A stretch of DNA of 64,000 nt from Macrostomum lignano (Eukaryota): NCBI GenBank assembly GCA_002269645.1, contig NIVC01000984.1, positions 372,001 to 436,000 of the forward strand, written 5' to 3'. Positions 47,831 to 61,596 of this stretch are shown here, piece by piece. The position numbers and the translations under genes were made by a program. Under the pieces are notes generated by a model. It did no database searches. It was not told the origin of the DNA and saw only the letters and a program-made list of their open reading frames with translations. Positions within the stretch are counted from its first letter, which is position 1. The number at the start of each line of letters is the position of its first letter.

Positions 47831-50182
47831 TGCCAAAAGATTGCAGTAACCTACCCATCATCATCATCATTTCACTAAAAACTAATAGTATTCTATTGCC
47901 CCTTCCTCTACTCACAAATCCAATGATGGCCATATCAACGTATATATTAATAAATGCTATAAAAATGCTACAAATAGCATTTCGCCTTTATCATTCTTTC
48001 CCATACTAATACAAAATGCCATATCATAAAATCAGCATTCATACAAAATTTCTTATATATTATTTTTTACTCATTACACCTGGCCTACAGCAAGTGGCCA
48101 GAGTTATAGCCATTAGCACAGTCGTAGCTTTCTGCATGCAGTGCGCAATGTGTCTAAGGGCTATATATAGATGAATAGTCTTTCATTAACTGAGGGAGCC
48201 ACCACACCCACTTAGAGTTAGTTGATCGGTATGGTATATTAACATAATATATTAGACAGATTAGAGGCATAATACAATTGAATGAGAAATTTGGAACTTG
48301 TTAAGGGCCATTGCAAAATTCAATTGTAAAGGGACCTTTTGGTTAAGGCTTTTTGCTTCTAATTTACTATAACTATATAGTACTCTGCAAGATATTCCAC
48401 TGGATGGGACACTGGATAGGAGATAAGTAGATGGGACACCCAGAGGGTGGGGGTACCACCTAGTTTATCTCATCTTGACTAAATGAAAGCTAGATATAAA
48501 TTTATAAAAAGTATTTTCTCTTCTTTTATTTACAGTTTATATTTGCTTTTCTATTCTATATAGCCTAGAATAATTGCATTGCGGAATTATTTGATTGCAA
48601 AAAATATAATTTTTATTTAAATTTAGATCTATCTCTCAGATTCCCTGTACAACTATATGCATATTGGAAAGTATAAGACCCTCACTCACTCACTGAACTG
48701 AAGTCCCTACTCATAGTCATAGTCATAGCCCTATGGCCAAAGCCCATAGGACTTTATATAAAAAACAATACCATTTATTTTCTTGAATCCTTGACTTTGA
48801 TTTAAGGAAATTAGGCCTAGATTTTATAGGCCTATCCTAGGCCTATACAATAGCTAGAGTTAAAGTTTACAGGTCTAAATATGCAAATAGACACAGACTT
48901 GAAAGTTGAAAGACTGATTTGCATTCCATAGCCTAGGCCTATTCTAATTTCCTAAGGGGAAGGCACTAAAATGTCTTATCATTAGACAAAAAAACTTAAA
49001 TATATCTATACATGGTAACATGGACATACACACAGGGATGGATCCATCAAGGACTGCTTAAGTAGTCCTTGTGATCTATACATAATTAAGGTACGATTAT
49101 GACTGTCATTAATTAGATCATTCGATCACTACTCTTGAAATTGATATTATTATTTATTTTATATGTATAAACTCAAGTCAACTGATTTACAGTTAAAAAG
49201 ATAATTTAAACTCAACACTTAGTCAACAAAAGTTTAGAACACAATTTCGTGCCTACTCAAAGCACACAAAAAGGCTTAAAAATCTAATTAAGATAGGAAA
49301 TTTTAATACAAATTAGTAAATATTTAAGTCCTACGCACATCTTTTATGTGTTATATTTAGAAGCACGATTATTTTTTCTAAGAAACATACAAGTTTGAAA
49401 AGTACAGTAACGTTCTTTTTCAGATTTCACATCTTGTTGATTGCTAGCCTACCTAGCCTGATACGATATGAAAGAGGATAAAGACGATCTACGCCTATCT
49501 AAGGTCAGTCTTGTCAGACTAGCTCTTCAGCTGACTTAGCTGCTGAATACATTTTTGTTTTTTATAAAAAACCATACATTTCATTGCACAGTGTCAGATT
49601 GTACTCGTAGGGTGCAATCCTGTTACTGTTACTTCTTATCGACCCTAGAGCCTAGACCTTGATAAGTGCAACAATGATATTTTAAGAAATTTCCAGTGGT
49701 GCACTATATAGTGTTTAGGCCTAGGTATATCTTTTTTATTGTACACTTTATAGGCCTATGTAATGTTTTCTACAATAACAAACTTTATAGAAAAAGAATA
49801 GGCCTATAAAAAAGTAAGAATAAAAAGATGGCGAAAAGATACGAATAAAATGTAAGGAAAGTTCATAGGCCATATTATAAGGCTTGCTAAAAAGCCAATT
49901 TTTCAAAACCATAAACCATTTAAAAGCCAAAGGCAAATGTCATACTCATAGGCCTAAAACAAGTTTTTGCCAAGGGAGTAGGAGTTCCCAAAACTTAAGC
50001 CTCAATATAAATGCATGAAGTCTTAAGGTTCAAAATACTTGGTTATGTATAGATTAATGGTTGGGCTAATAATATATCTTAAGAATTTATATGTTACAAT
50101 TTTTATTTAGAAAAATATAATATCAATAAATTAAGCCTACTTAAAAATTAAAATTGCTTTTTTATTCAAACAATGTGTTTAG

Positions 50183-51056
50183 TACCTTTTAAACTTTGTC
50201 CAACTTGGAATATTCCAACCATTATTCTAACTGGTAATGCAGTTAAATTATAAGTTAGAATAGTGGTCGGAATATATCATTCTGACTCTTATTTAGACTG
50301 ATAATTTGGTCATTGGTCAGATTGTCATATTCCATTTCATCATATCAGATGACAAAGTGATCAAAAGCAAAGTAGCTTGAAAAATAATATGACAAAGTGA
50401 CCAAATATTTAGTTATGCTAGATACTTTGTCATCAATCAACGCAATCTATGTGGGATTCAAGTTTGGATAAACTATTTTTGTTTAATAACGATAATGTGT
50501 GGCAAGCAGAATTGATTGACAGGTTTTATCAATTAAGATGACAAAATGACTAGGATCATTAAGATTCCAAGATATGTTTGATTGTTACATTAATTCACTT
50601 AAAGTTAGAATTAATATGATTGGTGGATGACAAAATGACTCTTCAAGTAGTGCATGTTAATTAAGATGACAAAGTGACCATAGCTAAGGTGAACACCCCA
50701 GACACCCAGATGACAAAATGACTAGGAACTTGATAATTTAGTATGTTGCAAGAGTCTAAATATCATTCCAACTCCTAACCCAACCCATAATTTAATTTAT
50801 TTTATTTTATTTTAAAATTTTAAGCAAACATTATTATTTTAAAGTTTGCTTCATTCTGTGCATATTTTGTTGAAGTAAATATAAAAAATTCTGCATTCAA
50901 CAGTCAGAATAATATTTAGACTCTTGCAATATGTATTAAATAATCAGTCAAATAAGAGTCAAAACACTCCAACCATTATTCCAACTTGTAATTTAACTGC
51001 ATTATAAGTTGGAATAATGGTTGGAATATTCCGAATAGGATAAAGTTTAAAAGGTA
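50183..51056. mobile_element. Foldback-type non-autonomous DNA transposon, ~100-bp TIRs, 7-bp TSD
   Basis: taccttttaaacttt...ggaatattccaaccattatt at left and its reverse complement at right; TGTTTAG duplicated at 50176-50182 and 51057-51063; internal gatgacaaa(g/a)tgac repeats. Confidence 0.8.
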
Positions 51057-51607
51057 TGTTTAGTTGTGTTTAACTAGCAACAACTTGTATTGTATGTTTA
51101 ATATTGGTTTTTCATTTGCATTTCCTATTGTCGTCCTAGCCAAGGTCCAAATTGTACTAGGCCTAGATACTACCTTCTTCTGTGCTAAACTGCATTAGCA
51201 TGCAATATTATGCTTATATTACTAAAGGCCAATCTGCTAGACACTGTTCACATGGCCATTGCCTACAATAAAGCTCAAGAGATAGCATAGAGATAGCAAT
51301 AGTCTAAGAAAAAGCCAGAAAATCTGGGCCCTTTATATCATCTTTATATAGGCCTATGTAACCTACTAATATATTAGAAGGTCAATGCTATATCATTGTT
51401 AAGCATATCCATACACCCAAGTTTTAATTCTACAAAGAGTGCTAAATATCCTCTAAACTGCTAACTACTTATTAAGGCAAAGTCAAGATTAGCTTGAAAA
51501 GCTTCATGATTTAAGAACAAACTCGTAAGGCCAATAAGCTAGCAATTCAAAAATAGCAATAATATTGCTTAAATTTTTGCCTTGCAATTGTCTCAAGTTT
51601 ACCATAT

Positions 51608-52393
51608 GGCTCATTCCATATAAGATGGACATATTTGGAAAATAGAAAAAAGTCAATATTTTTGCTTGCCATTGCCTAATTAGCCTATTTTTTTACCAAA
51701 TGTTTATATTGTGCAATATATACAATCTAAGAATAAAGGAATGGTAAAATGTTGGATTAGTATGTTATCAATTGGCAAAAAGTCATTTTTGTAAGAATTT
51801 GGACATTTTTTGAAGCAAAAGACATCATTAAGATTTTGTACCTTTTAAAAACAAATAGAAAGCTTTTGAAGGTTGAAACAAACTATAGATAAAAGTATAG
51901 TACTTGCATCATCAGATAAAAGCATTGGTGACCAAATAATCTATTATATTTTTAATGTATTAGTACCTCAAAGTTACTGAATTGACAGAAAAAAATATGT
52001 TACGACCATAATGTTACGACCATAAGGCTGCCTTTTCTTTTGTATCTTTGTTGCCTTTTGAGTTTATATATTCTAATAAAAGAGTATGATTTCTAAAGAT
52101 GTTCTTAGTCAAATTTTAAAAATGTATTGCAAAATATAAAAAATGAAAAATGTTATAAGACTTTTACCTTTTAGTTTCTATATGTCAAAAATCCTGTCGT
52201 TACGACCATAAGTGTCATTTAAGGTTTAATAGCATCTATACTAATGATGATATCTATATGAAACTCTATAAATATATTCTAGACAAAATAATCTTTCATT
52301 TAAAATATTGGTTTAGTATATTCTATTATTAGATTTCATTTTATAAGTAAAAATAACCTGTCATGTTACGACCATGCTTATATGGAATGAGCC
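51608..52393. mobile_element. MITE with GGCTCATTCCATATAAG TIRs and AT flanks (ISL2EU/Harbinger-like)
   Basis: ggctcattccatataag at 51608 and cttatatggaatgagcc ending at 52393; AT on both sides; four internal tgttacgaccat motifs. Confidence 0.7.
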
Positions 52394-55300
52394 ATATAAC
52401 AATTAAGAATAACTTGAACAAAGCTTAGAATGAAGGTCATCAAGACAAAAGTCTTTTAATTAGACTTGCAAATTGTTTGCATTAGCCAGAATTTCTTTAT
52501 TCAAATCATTTTGTTTTTGCTGCTTGCAGAAAAAGGGTCTCTATCTATTTTGCAATCCTCATTCTAGGCTAGTTGAACCTAAAACCAAATGCTTAGATAA
52601 ATATTTAAAATTTTATAAAATTAAATTTCAGATTTTGCAGATCTTATCAGCAATAGCAACTTTTTATTTGTAGTCTATCCATTTTTTAAATTCTTTATAA
52701 ACTGACTAAGATCAACTATTGCCATACAATTAACTACATACTCAAATATAGTTCAAACAACTTTAACTCACTGATCAATAATATATTATAATAGCCTAGC
52801 AACAATGTCAAAGAATTCTATATCTAGTGAAAGAAGTACATCATCTAATGAAAAGTTATATAGCATTTGTTGTTTGCTATCTAGCCTAGAAGACAAACTT
52901 CTAGACCTATTTGTGCTTTGTATGATTCCTTTCTATTTGGTCTTTTATTGGAATTCATTCTAGAAAGCATGATAGGTCTTATCTTTGTGCATAGCAGTTA
53001 CTAGAGCAGTCAAAGTATTAAGTCCAGTTGTTATTCATTGCTGCAGCATTTGGAACCTTGCAGCATTGTTGTAAACATTTTTATTCCTTTGTTAAGAGCA
53101 TTAGAAGTATGAATGTCAAAGAAGACTTAATTGTTTTTGCACATATTTCTGTAGGCCTCTTGCTTTGGACCAGACATCTAGTGTAAATGATTTAGTCTTC
53201 AACTATTGACTCAAATTTTAGCTAGAGTACTTGAGCACTTGCTAATTTTGCAAGTGAAAACCCAACAAATGTGAGTAATAGAACCCAACATCAAAAAATG
53301 CATCATGAATAAAGAAACTATCATTAATAACATTGAAAACAATATTACTAAACCATTTGAAATATAAGAAAAACTATGCTAATAAACTAATTTCAGGTTG
53401 GCAATGCCTCAACTTGTTACTTTGTGATGGTTTACAAAGGAAACCAGTTTAGTTATGCAGCATGTAGCTACAAATTGGAGTGCTCCAGTTGAGCTGCTCT
53501 CTCTACTCACACTCAGTGTATTTGAGCCTTGTGGCTCTGCTCACTTTAACAAAAAGAGTACCACTTAATAGTTTTGGCCATAGAGTATGCACCGTGGTAA
53601 TAACTAACATAAGAGATTTTCTATAAACCATCTAAGCATCTAACACAACTCAATGTCAATAAGACAATGTCAATGTCTATGGCATCAAAAACCATTTCTC
53701 CATTCACTTAAGTTAGGCCTTATGTAGACCATGGATGATTTAAAGAAGTCCATCATATATTTCTATGTTATAAGACCATTCAAAAACTCTTTAGTCAGGA
53801 AAATTGATAAAAAGTCTTATGTCTATCATACCTTTGTTTGCATTTAATAGATCAGTGGTTAGATTAATGGCTAAAAACCCTTGGAATTCTGGCAGCCCAT
53901 TCAGGTCCAAACAATTTGTCATTTCCAAGGGCTATTTCAACCCATTATGTGGTTGCCTCATCTTTGCTCTCATTAGATTCTGAATCTATATTTTCCAACT
54001 CTGTTTTTGACTCAATCTCTATTGAGTCATTGCTTGATAATGTATCTTCCAAATTGGAATTGAGTCTTTGTCTCCACAAAGTGTCACTTTTAGCTTTCTT
54101 TTTCAGGTGCATAGAATCTATTTATGGATAAAGAAGGTTTATGCAAGTACTAGTAGAACTCTATGGTATACTTTGCTTTTAGGGTATGCCTCTAATTAAG
54201 CAAAAAGACCAGTTTGTCTATAGCCTGCTCTGTGGGCCTTTTGGGCTTTTAAGCAATCTTGTAGAACTAAGCTTAAGTGGAAAGTGGTTTAAAGTATTTT
54301 TGTCTCTATTTTGATACTTGCTAAGACAGCTAAGACTAGTATTAGTGAATAGACATTTGATATAATAGCAAATCTTAGCCTATCCCTAGTATAAAGGGCC
54401 TTGCATAGTCAGAAGCAATTTTTTTATATTGGCTCTAGACAATAGGCCTTGGTATACACTATGTAGCCTACTAATTGCAACTGTTCAATGGTAAAGAGGG
54501 TAGTATTAGAGATGTGCTCTAGGGTCCAAAAGGTAGATACCAAAGTTGACACATAGCAAGGCCAAGTGTGCTAAGTCAAGCAACTTCTCTAGCACTCTAG
54601 CATTTCTTATGCTATCCTATAGTCTGAAAGATAGCATGTAAATGGCAAAATAAAAATTTGCTTTGAGAAAACTATATGCTAGTATATAGCAAAAAAATAC
54701 TTTCTAGTAATAAATATTGCACCAAAAAATTGCAAAAGATTAAGGTAAACAAAATGAAGACTATATATATTACTTAATACTAAAATTGCTATTTTTAATA
54801 TTATAAATAGTAAACAATTTTTATATTAGCCAGCATTTAGAATATTAAAAATAACTTAAAAAAAAACAAAAAACATTCCTAACATTATATCATGTATGTT
54901 ATATCACTTAATTTGTATGTCTAAAATTGCTATTTGCTAGCCTATATGCTAGCCACATTGATTTTTTTATGTATACCAATTTGTATACTAAAGCTGCACC
55001 TCTAAACCCCTATGTACACTGAAACATTCTGGCATATAGACTATCTTCAATACTATTATGGCTATCTAGGTCTAATGTTATATATTAGAAGTCTTAACCA
55101 TTGCCTAGAATAGCTAGGCTAGGTAAGTCATGATAATTCACTATTAGTATTTGGCTATAGTGCTACAGTCTATTGTTTGAGTTAGCTCAGCACAGCCTAA
55201 AAAGCATTCTTTGATTATTCAAATGCTTGTCCATTAGGCTATTTTCCTTTGAATGAACCTAAGTATACAAGATCAGTTTATTAAAGCATGAGACATCTAT

Positions 55301-55748
55301 AATAGTGAGACATCTAATATTACAATTAAAGATTCATTAGCATCCTTGATAATGTGCTATTAAAGCTATTGTCCAATAATTGATACAAGTTTATTTTGCT
55401 ATATTTATGGGCAAGTCAATGCTTTGGTTTGTTGAGATGTCTTGCTAGTTTTACATCTCTAGAGGCAGCCTTGAGTTAGAATGGGGCTCAAAATTGGTTG
55501 CCTTCGCCTTCTATGCATTCTATGTCAATTCTGAAGCTAAATAGTATAGATGTTTCTCATAATGACCACAAATGGGAATTTTCAGTTGTCTTGGCTATAA
55601 AAGCATAGTTGCACCCTGCTGCAAGCTTATATATCGACTCATCCTTGTCTGAATTAAATACGATGTAATTATGCCCATGCTTATATTATGCTTATGCTTA
55701 GCACGCAATTACACACTCCAGACGTCTGCAAGCAAAAATTGGTCTCCA

Positions 55749-58700
55749 ATGTGGCGTCTGTTTTGGCGTCACCAACTTGCCATTTGCTGCGCTGTTCGCA
55801 TCGGCCTAATTGCCTATAGCTACGCACACGACGCCCTATTTGAAGTGAAGTACACGGATATTGACTACCTGGTGTTTAACAATGCCTCGCGTCACATGCT
55901 CCAAGGCCGGTCGCCTTATCTTGAGTCTGAGTACCGCTATACTCCGCTGATTGCGCTTGTCACTCTGGGCAATTTTCTGCTGCACAGCGGCTTTGGCAAA
56001 TTTGTATTCGCCGCTGCGGATGTCGCCTGCGGCTGCCTGCTAGCCGGATTGACTAGTTGGCCAGCCGCAGCCGCCTGGCTGTGGAACCCTATCGTGCTCG
56101 GCGTGTCCAGCCGTGGCAGCGCTGAGCCTTTGATTCTGCTCTGCGTGCTGGCCTGTCTGCGCTGCCTGCTGGCTGGCCGCTTTGCTGCCTGCGGCTTGGC
56201 GCTTGGACTGTCGGTGAGGCTGGGACTGCTGGGCAGACTGTGGGATGCTGGGGCTGTTAATGAGGCTGTGGGATGCTGAAGTTGTTGATGAAGCTGTGGG
56301 ATGCTGGGACTGCTGGGCAGACTGTGGGATGCTGGGACTGCTGGGCAGACTGTGGGATGCTGGGGCTGTTGATGAAGCTGATGGATGCTGGGGTTGTTGA
56401 TGAGGCTGTGGGATGCTGGGGCTGTTGATGAGGCTGTGGGATGCTGGGACTGCTGGGCAGACTGTGGGATGCTGAGGCTGTTGATAAGGCTGTGGGATGC
56501 TGGGACTGCTGGGCAGACTGTGGGATGCTGAGGCTGTTGATGAGGCTGTGGGATTTTGGGGCTGTTGATGAGGCTGTGGGATGCTGGGACTGCTGTAGAA
56601 AAATAACTGAAGAAATAACACTGGCCAGTGAATACGTTGACAATAACAACTTGAAAAACAAAGTTAAGATGAAAAGGCTCCTCCAGCAGTATATTTATTT
56701 GCGTAGTTGAGAGAGGGGGGTAGAGAATAGATAAGAAGAAAATGGGTAAGAAGGGCGAGGGCTAAAATGCTCTAACGAGACCGAGGGGGGGGGGCTGACT
56801 GAAAACTCACCGATCGATAATCGGAAAACAAGATAAGAATGTACAGTACGTAGAGCGCGGTAGATAGAAGATGGACTAGGCACACAGGGAATGGAAGAAA
56901 ATGAAAAGGGAGCAAGTGAATTCTATTAGCGCAAGCTGAAATTTCGCGACACTCCCCCAAAAATGATCACATTTTTCCCGATACCAAAAATTCCAAAAAA
57001 CGCAAAAAACAAACACAGGAAATGACAATGACTTCATTATAAGATAATTTAGACCATTGAAAAGGTTGAGGATTCCTTCACCAATCATCACTAAAGATTC
57101 GACAAACAATGAAAAAAAATTGTAATAAATGACATGAAACATACAAAAGGTTGGTGACAAAACACTTAGTGATTTAGAGAAAATAACACGATGACGCTAA
57201 GGCCAATAGGAAACTGTCACTAGGAAACAAAAAAACTACCAAGGCTAAACGAGTGACCTCTTGCAACAAAGAAACCGAAAGCAAAATGCGCGATCATTAA
57301 ATAGTAATGGCGGAAAAGTAAAGTTTGAAATTGAACTCTCTCGACACTTTCACATTCACTCAGAGACTTCGAGTGGCACCAAGGCTCGCACCGGGCGCCT
57401 AATGCGCTCCCTCCTCCTAGCTCCCACACCGCTAACTACACGAACCAGAGCAGAGCGACTAACACCATCACGACCAACAGAAACCGACTCAACTACACCG
57501 AGCTTCCACATCAGCCTCGGCTGGTGTGATTCACCGCACACCACCACAACATCACCAGGTTTCGGAAAGGGACCGCATCCTTGCCCATGCAATGGCTTCT
57601 CGCGGAGAGCGGTGACGTAGTCCTCTTGCCAAACCTTCCAAAAACGATTCAGAGCGTTGCGCAGAAGATCGAGTCGTCTAGGTAGTGACAGCAGCGTTGA
57701 CGATTGAGTCGCACCTTGATCAGGTCCCCAAGTGAGTCGCACTCCAAGTAGAAAGTGTGAAGGAGTAATAACTTCACTCCGGTCATCGGCAGAGACGTAC
57801 AACAATGGCCTACTGTTGATGATAGCTTCGATTTCGATGATTGTAGACGACAACTGATCAAAGTTTAACTGAGCACGACCGATGCTTTTCTTCAAAGAGC
57901 CCTTAATGACTCCAACTAACCGCTCCCAGAATCCGCCCCACCATGGGGCCTTTTCCGGTATGAACTGCCAGGTAATTCTCCTTTCGGCACAGAACGCCTG
58001 CACCTGATCGCTAGTGCTGGCACCGAGGATCCGAGCTGCTGAACGGAAGGTCTTTGCGTTGTCGCTGATCAACGAAGGAAGTCCTCGACGCGCCACAAAA
58101 CGTCGCAAGCCGTGAAGAAACTGTTGAGTTGACATATCTGATAGCAGCTCCAAATGCACTGCTCGAGTGGTCGAGCATGTGAAGAGCAACACGTACCCTT
58201 TAGCAGGCTCACTAGTCGAGACGTCACTCTCCCCCGTCCGATAAAAAATCGGACCAAAATAGTCGAGACCAACAGTCTGAAAGGGGCGAAGATCCGCCAA
58301 ACGAAAGTTCGGTAACTGGGGAACGACCGGCACGGTGTACGTACGCCCTTGAATCTTCCGACATACAACACACCGAGACAACTCCTGCTTCACTCGCTGT
58401 CTACCTTTGAGTACCCAAAACTTCTCTCGAATCTTGCAGAGCGTGGGAGCCACTCCCCGTGCGCGACTGACTGATGAGCCCTCCTGATGAGGAGCTGTTC
58501 CAGGTGAGAATGACGAGGAATTAGAATCGGATAATTGGTCGCATAGGGAAAGGCTTCACCGATTCGTCCTTTCGATCGAAGCAAACCTTCGTCGTCGAGA
58601 ACCAGATTTAGATCCCTGCACAGCGGAGTAGCTGTCGAGTGTTTCGAGAGGTGATCGATTTCTTTCGAGAATCCAGAACGTTGAGCAGAACGGAGCCAGA

Positions 58701-61310
58701 GTGTTTCACACGTGTGCAACTCTGCTGCGGTCACAAAATTGAATTTTTGCAGCGGTGACCGCGCCAACGAGGCTTTTAAATTCAGAACGAAACGCCTGAC
58801 CCAAGCTGTGACGCGAAGTAACTTGTTAAAACTAGAGAACCGCTCGACATCAATAATTGAAGACATGTCCGAAGTTGGGGAATCCGAACCAGACTCACGA
58901 TCAAGGAGCGTGGTTGCAGCCACAGAGGCAAGAAGCACTGTACCAGACTGAGACGTGGACTCTTCGGCCACCGGTTGAGGAAACGGAGTCCAGTGAGGCC
59001 AGTGAATACGTTGACAATAACAACTTGAAAAACAAAGTTAAGATGAAAAGGCTCCTCCAGCAGTATATTTATTTGCGTGGTTGAGAGAGGGGGGTAGAGA
59101 ATAGATAAGAAGAAAATGGGTAAGAAGGGCGAGGGCTAAAATGCTCTAACGAGACCGAGGGGGGGGCTGACTGAAAACTCACCGATCGATAATCGGAAAA
59201 CAAGATAAGAGATAGAAGATGGACTAGGCACACAGGGAATGGAAGAAAATGAAAAGGGAGCAAGTGAATTCTATTAGCGTAAGCTGAAATTTCGCGACAA
59301 CTGCTGGGCAGACTGTGGGATGCTGAGGCTGTTGATAAGGCTGTGGGATGCTGGGACTGCTGGGCAGACTGTGGGATGCTGAGGCTGTTGATGAGGCTGT
59401 GGGATGCTGAGGTTGTTGATGAGGCTTTGAGCTGCTGGGAATGTTAATGAGGCTGTAGGATGCAGGGACTGTTTATGAGGCTGTGGGATGCAGACTGTTG
59501 ATGAGGCTGTGAGCTGCTGGGACTGTTGATGAGCCTGTTTAATGCTCATCCGAGTAAAATTTAGCACCCGGATGATTTTTAAGTCAGCGAGGCTAGTCTA
59601 TATCGAGGTACAAATAGAGTTGCTTAATTAACTGTTGGCTTTTTTATACCGATGCAGGTGCACGCCAAGCTGTACCCGGTGATCTACTGTCCAGCGATCT
59701 GTCTGCATGTCTGGCGCACATCTGCCAGCGCCTCTCAAGCTGTTAGTCGCCTGATCCGCTTAGCCATCTGCGCCGCCCTCAGCTTTGGCGCACCACTAGC
59801 GCTGTTCTATCATCTCTATGGCAATGAGTTCATGTCGCAGGCCTACCTGTACCATTTTGGTCGGCTGGATCCGCAGCACAATTTCTCGGTGTACTTTCTG
59901 CCAATGCGACTGCTCGGGCCTCGGATTCTGCGCGCCGTGTCCGGCCTGGCGTTCGGCTTGCAGGCCGGCTCCGTGCTGCTGTTTTCCTGGGCTGTGCCGC
60001 ATCAGGATGCCTGCTGGTTCTTTGTCACATTCGGCTTTGTCAGTCTGAATAAGGTGCGAGCCTGTTCGAAATGGGTGTCCAAAATTAGTATTAGAACTCC
60101 CAGTATTTTACTTTTCTCTTTTCGTCAGCTGGTCTTCTTAATCACTGAGCCAGCGAACTCACCTTTGGGCGCATCTGTGCGACCTTTTTTCGCATTATGT
60201 AAGAGATTAGGTGTCAGGGATAGTCCAGTACTGGAGTGGATGGACTGGGTGTCAGTATTATTCATACACTGGAGTGGATGCACTATGTGTCAGTATTATT
60301 CATATCTATACACTGGAGTGGGTGGACTGGGTGTCAGTGTTACACTGGAGTGGATGGACTGGGTGTCAGTATTATTCATACACTGGAGTGGATGCACTAT
60401 GTGTCAGTATTATTCATATCTATACACTGGAGTGGGTGGACTGGGTGTCAGTGTTACACTGGAGTCGATGGACTGGGTGTCAGTATTACACTGGAATGGA
60501 TGGACTGTGTATCAGTATTACACTGGAGTCGATGGACTGGGTGTCAGTATTACACTGGAATTGATGGACTGTGTATCAGTATTACACTGGAGTGGATGGA
60601 CTGGGTATCAGTATTACACTGGAATGGATGGACTGGGTATCAGTATTACACTGGAGTGGATGGACTGGGTATCAGTATTACACTGGAGTGGATGGACTCG
60701 GTGTCAGTATTACACTGGAGTTGATGGACTGGGTGTCAGTATTACACTGGAGTGGATTGGATTAGGTGTCAGTATTACACTGGAGTGGATTGGATTAGGT
60801 GTCAGTGTTACACTGGATTGCATAGACTGGGTGTTGTGTTAAATATGAGTGCATTTGTGAGGCCTGGGAAACTGTGTTCGAGTCCCATTCTGTTTTGGAT
60901 TTTTCAAACGTAGGTTGAAGAAAAGCAAAAAGCTATGATACTACTCTAACTACTGAGTTCTGTCAGTAGCTTGGTAGCATATATACTGGATGTTTTACCC
61001 CCTCTGGCTTCAGGTAATAACTTCTCAGTACTTCCTTTGGTACCTGGTGTTTCTACCGCTATTGTTGTACCGCCTGGTCCCGTCCAGTGGCCGGTGGTTG
61101 CTATGCCAGCTGGCCATAGCTTGGCTGCTGCCTCAGACTGTCTGGCTCGGCCTGGCCTACCTGCTGGAGTTTCGCCGCCTGCCTATAGTTGAATTAGTCT
61201 GGCTAGCCAGTCTGTTTGTGTTGCTAAGCAACGCCTGGATTGCCTGGCGCCTGTTTGATGCCTACAGACGGCGAATGCAAGGTGACAGTGAGGCGAAAAA
61301 GCGCGATTGA
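55749..61310 (+). CDS. PIGM: GPI mannosyltransferase I (PIG-M / GPI14), 385 aa
   Basis: Exons 55749-56213, 59658-60053, 61014-61310, all phase 0. Motifs VKYTDIDYLVF (DXD), SPY...YRYTP, WLWNP, SSRGSAE, LS|VHAKLYPVIY, YLYHFGRLDPQHNFSVYF, FVSLNK|VITSQYFLWY; C-terminal KKRD ER-retrieval-like tail. Confidence 0.95.
56217..59535 (+). repeat. ~28-bp degenerate minisatellite in PIG-M intron 1, split by the BEL element
   Basis: gctgttgatgaggctgtgggatgctggg-type units at 56217-56593 and 59300-59535. Confidence 0.9.
56594..59299 (-). mobile_element. Internally deleted BEL/Pao LTR retrotransposon (two LTRs, RNase H-distal linker plus integrase)
   Basis: 3' LTR 56594-56951 (TG...CA), preceded on the minus strand by PPT GGGGGAG. 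5' LTR 58997-59299 is truncated. 5-bp TSD ACTGC at 56589-56593 and 59300-59304. Integrase has HHCC finger, VGLDYFGP, TCSTTRAVHLE, SDN, APWWGGFWERLV and FWKVWQEDY. Confidence 0.95.
60225..60830 (+). repeat. 32-bp minisatellite in PIG-M intron 2
   Basis: cagtattacactggagtggatggactgggtgt units; the first part is organised as a duplicated ~115-bp block. Confidence 0.95.
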
Positions 61311-61596
61311 TTTCGCTATAACGTTGTACTTTTAAATTAAAAAAGTGCATTTAATTGTCTTAAAAAGAAGCCAATTAACTGCTGAATTTATTGCTGCTAG
61401 AAACTTATTGCTACAGTTACCTGTACCTGGAATTTGTACTTTTCTCAGTCTTGCTGTTTATAGTTTGTTATGAAATATAATTTTGTTGCCTAACTATATA
61501 TTCATGCTAATCGGCATTATTATTTATTTGATAATTTCTAGTCATCATTTATTCTGGGAACTACCAACAGTGTGTTCCATAAATTTGTTAATGAGA

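Noticed and set aside
47211-47933. 212-215 aa DQCHLxDx / CKVALVTV repeat proteins (possible metal-binding or antifreeze-like)
   Set aside because: A stop-free 24-bp unit is open on both strands by arithmetic; flanks are AT-rich non-coding. Would need transcript evidence.
56040-56710. Gln/Pro/His-rich QQPQHP ORFs
   Set aside because: Antisense translation of the 28-bp intronic satellite.
59652-60842. 396-aa ORF as a long PIG-M exon
   Set aside because: PIG-M homology stops at LNK (donor 60054); the rest reads through the 32-bp intronic satellite.
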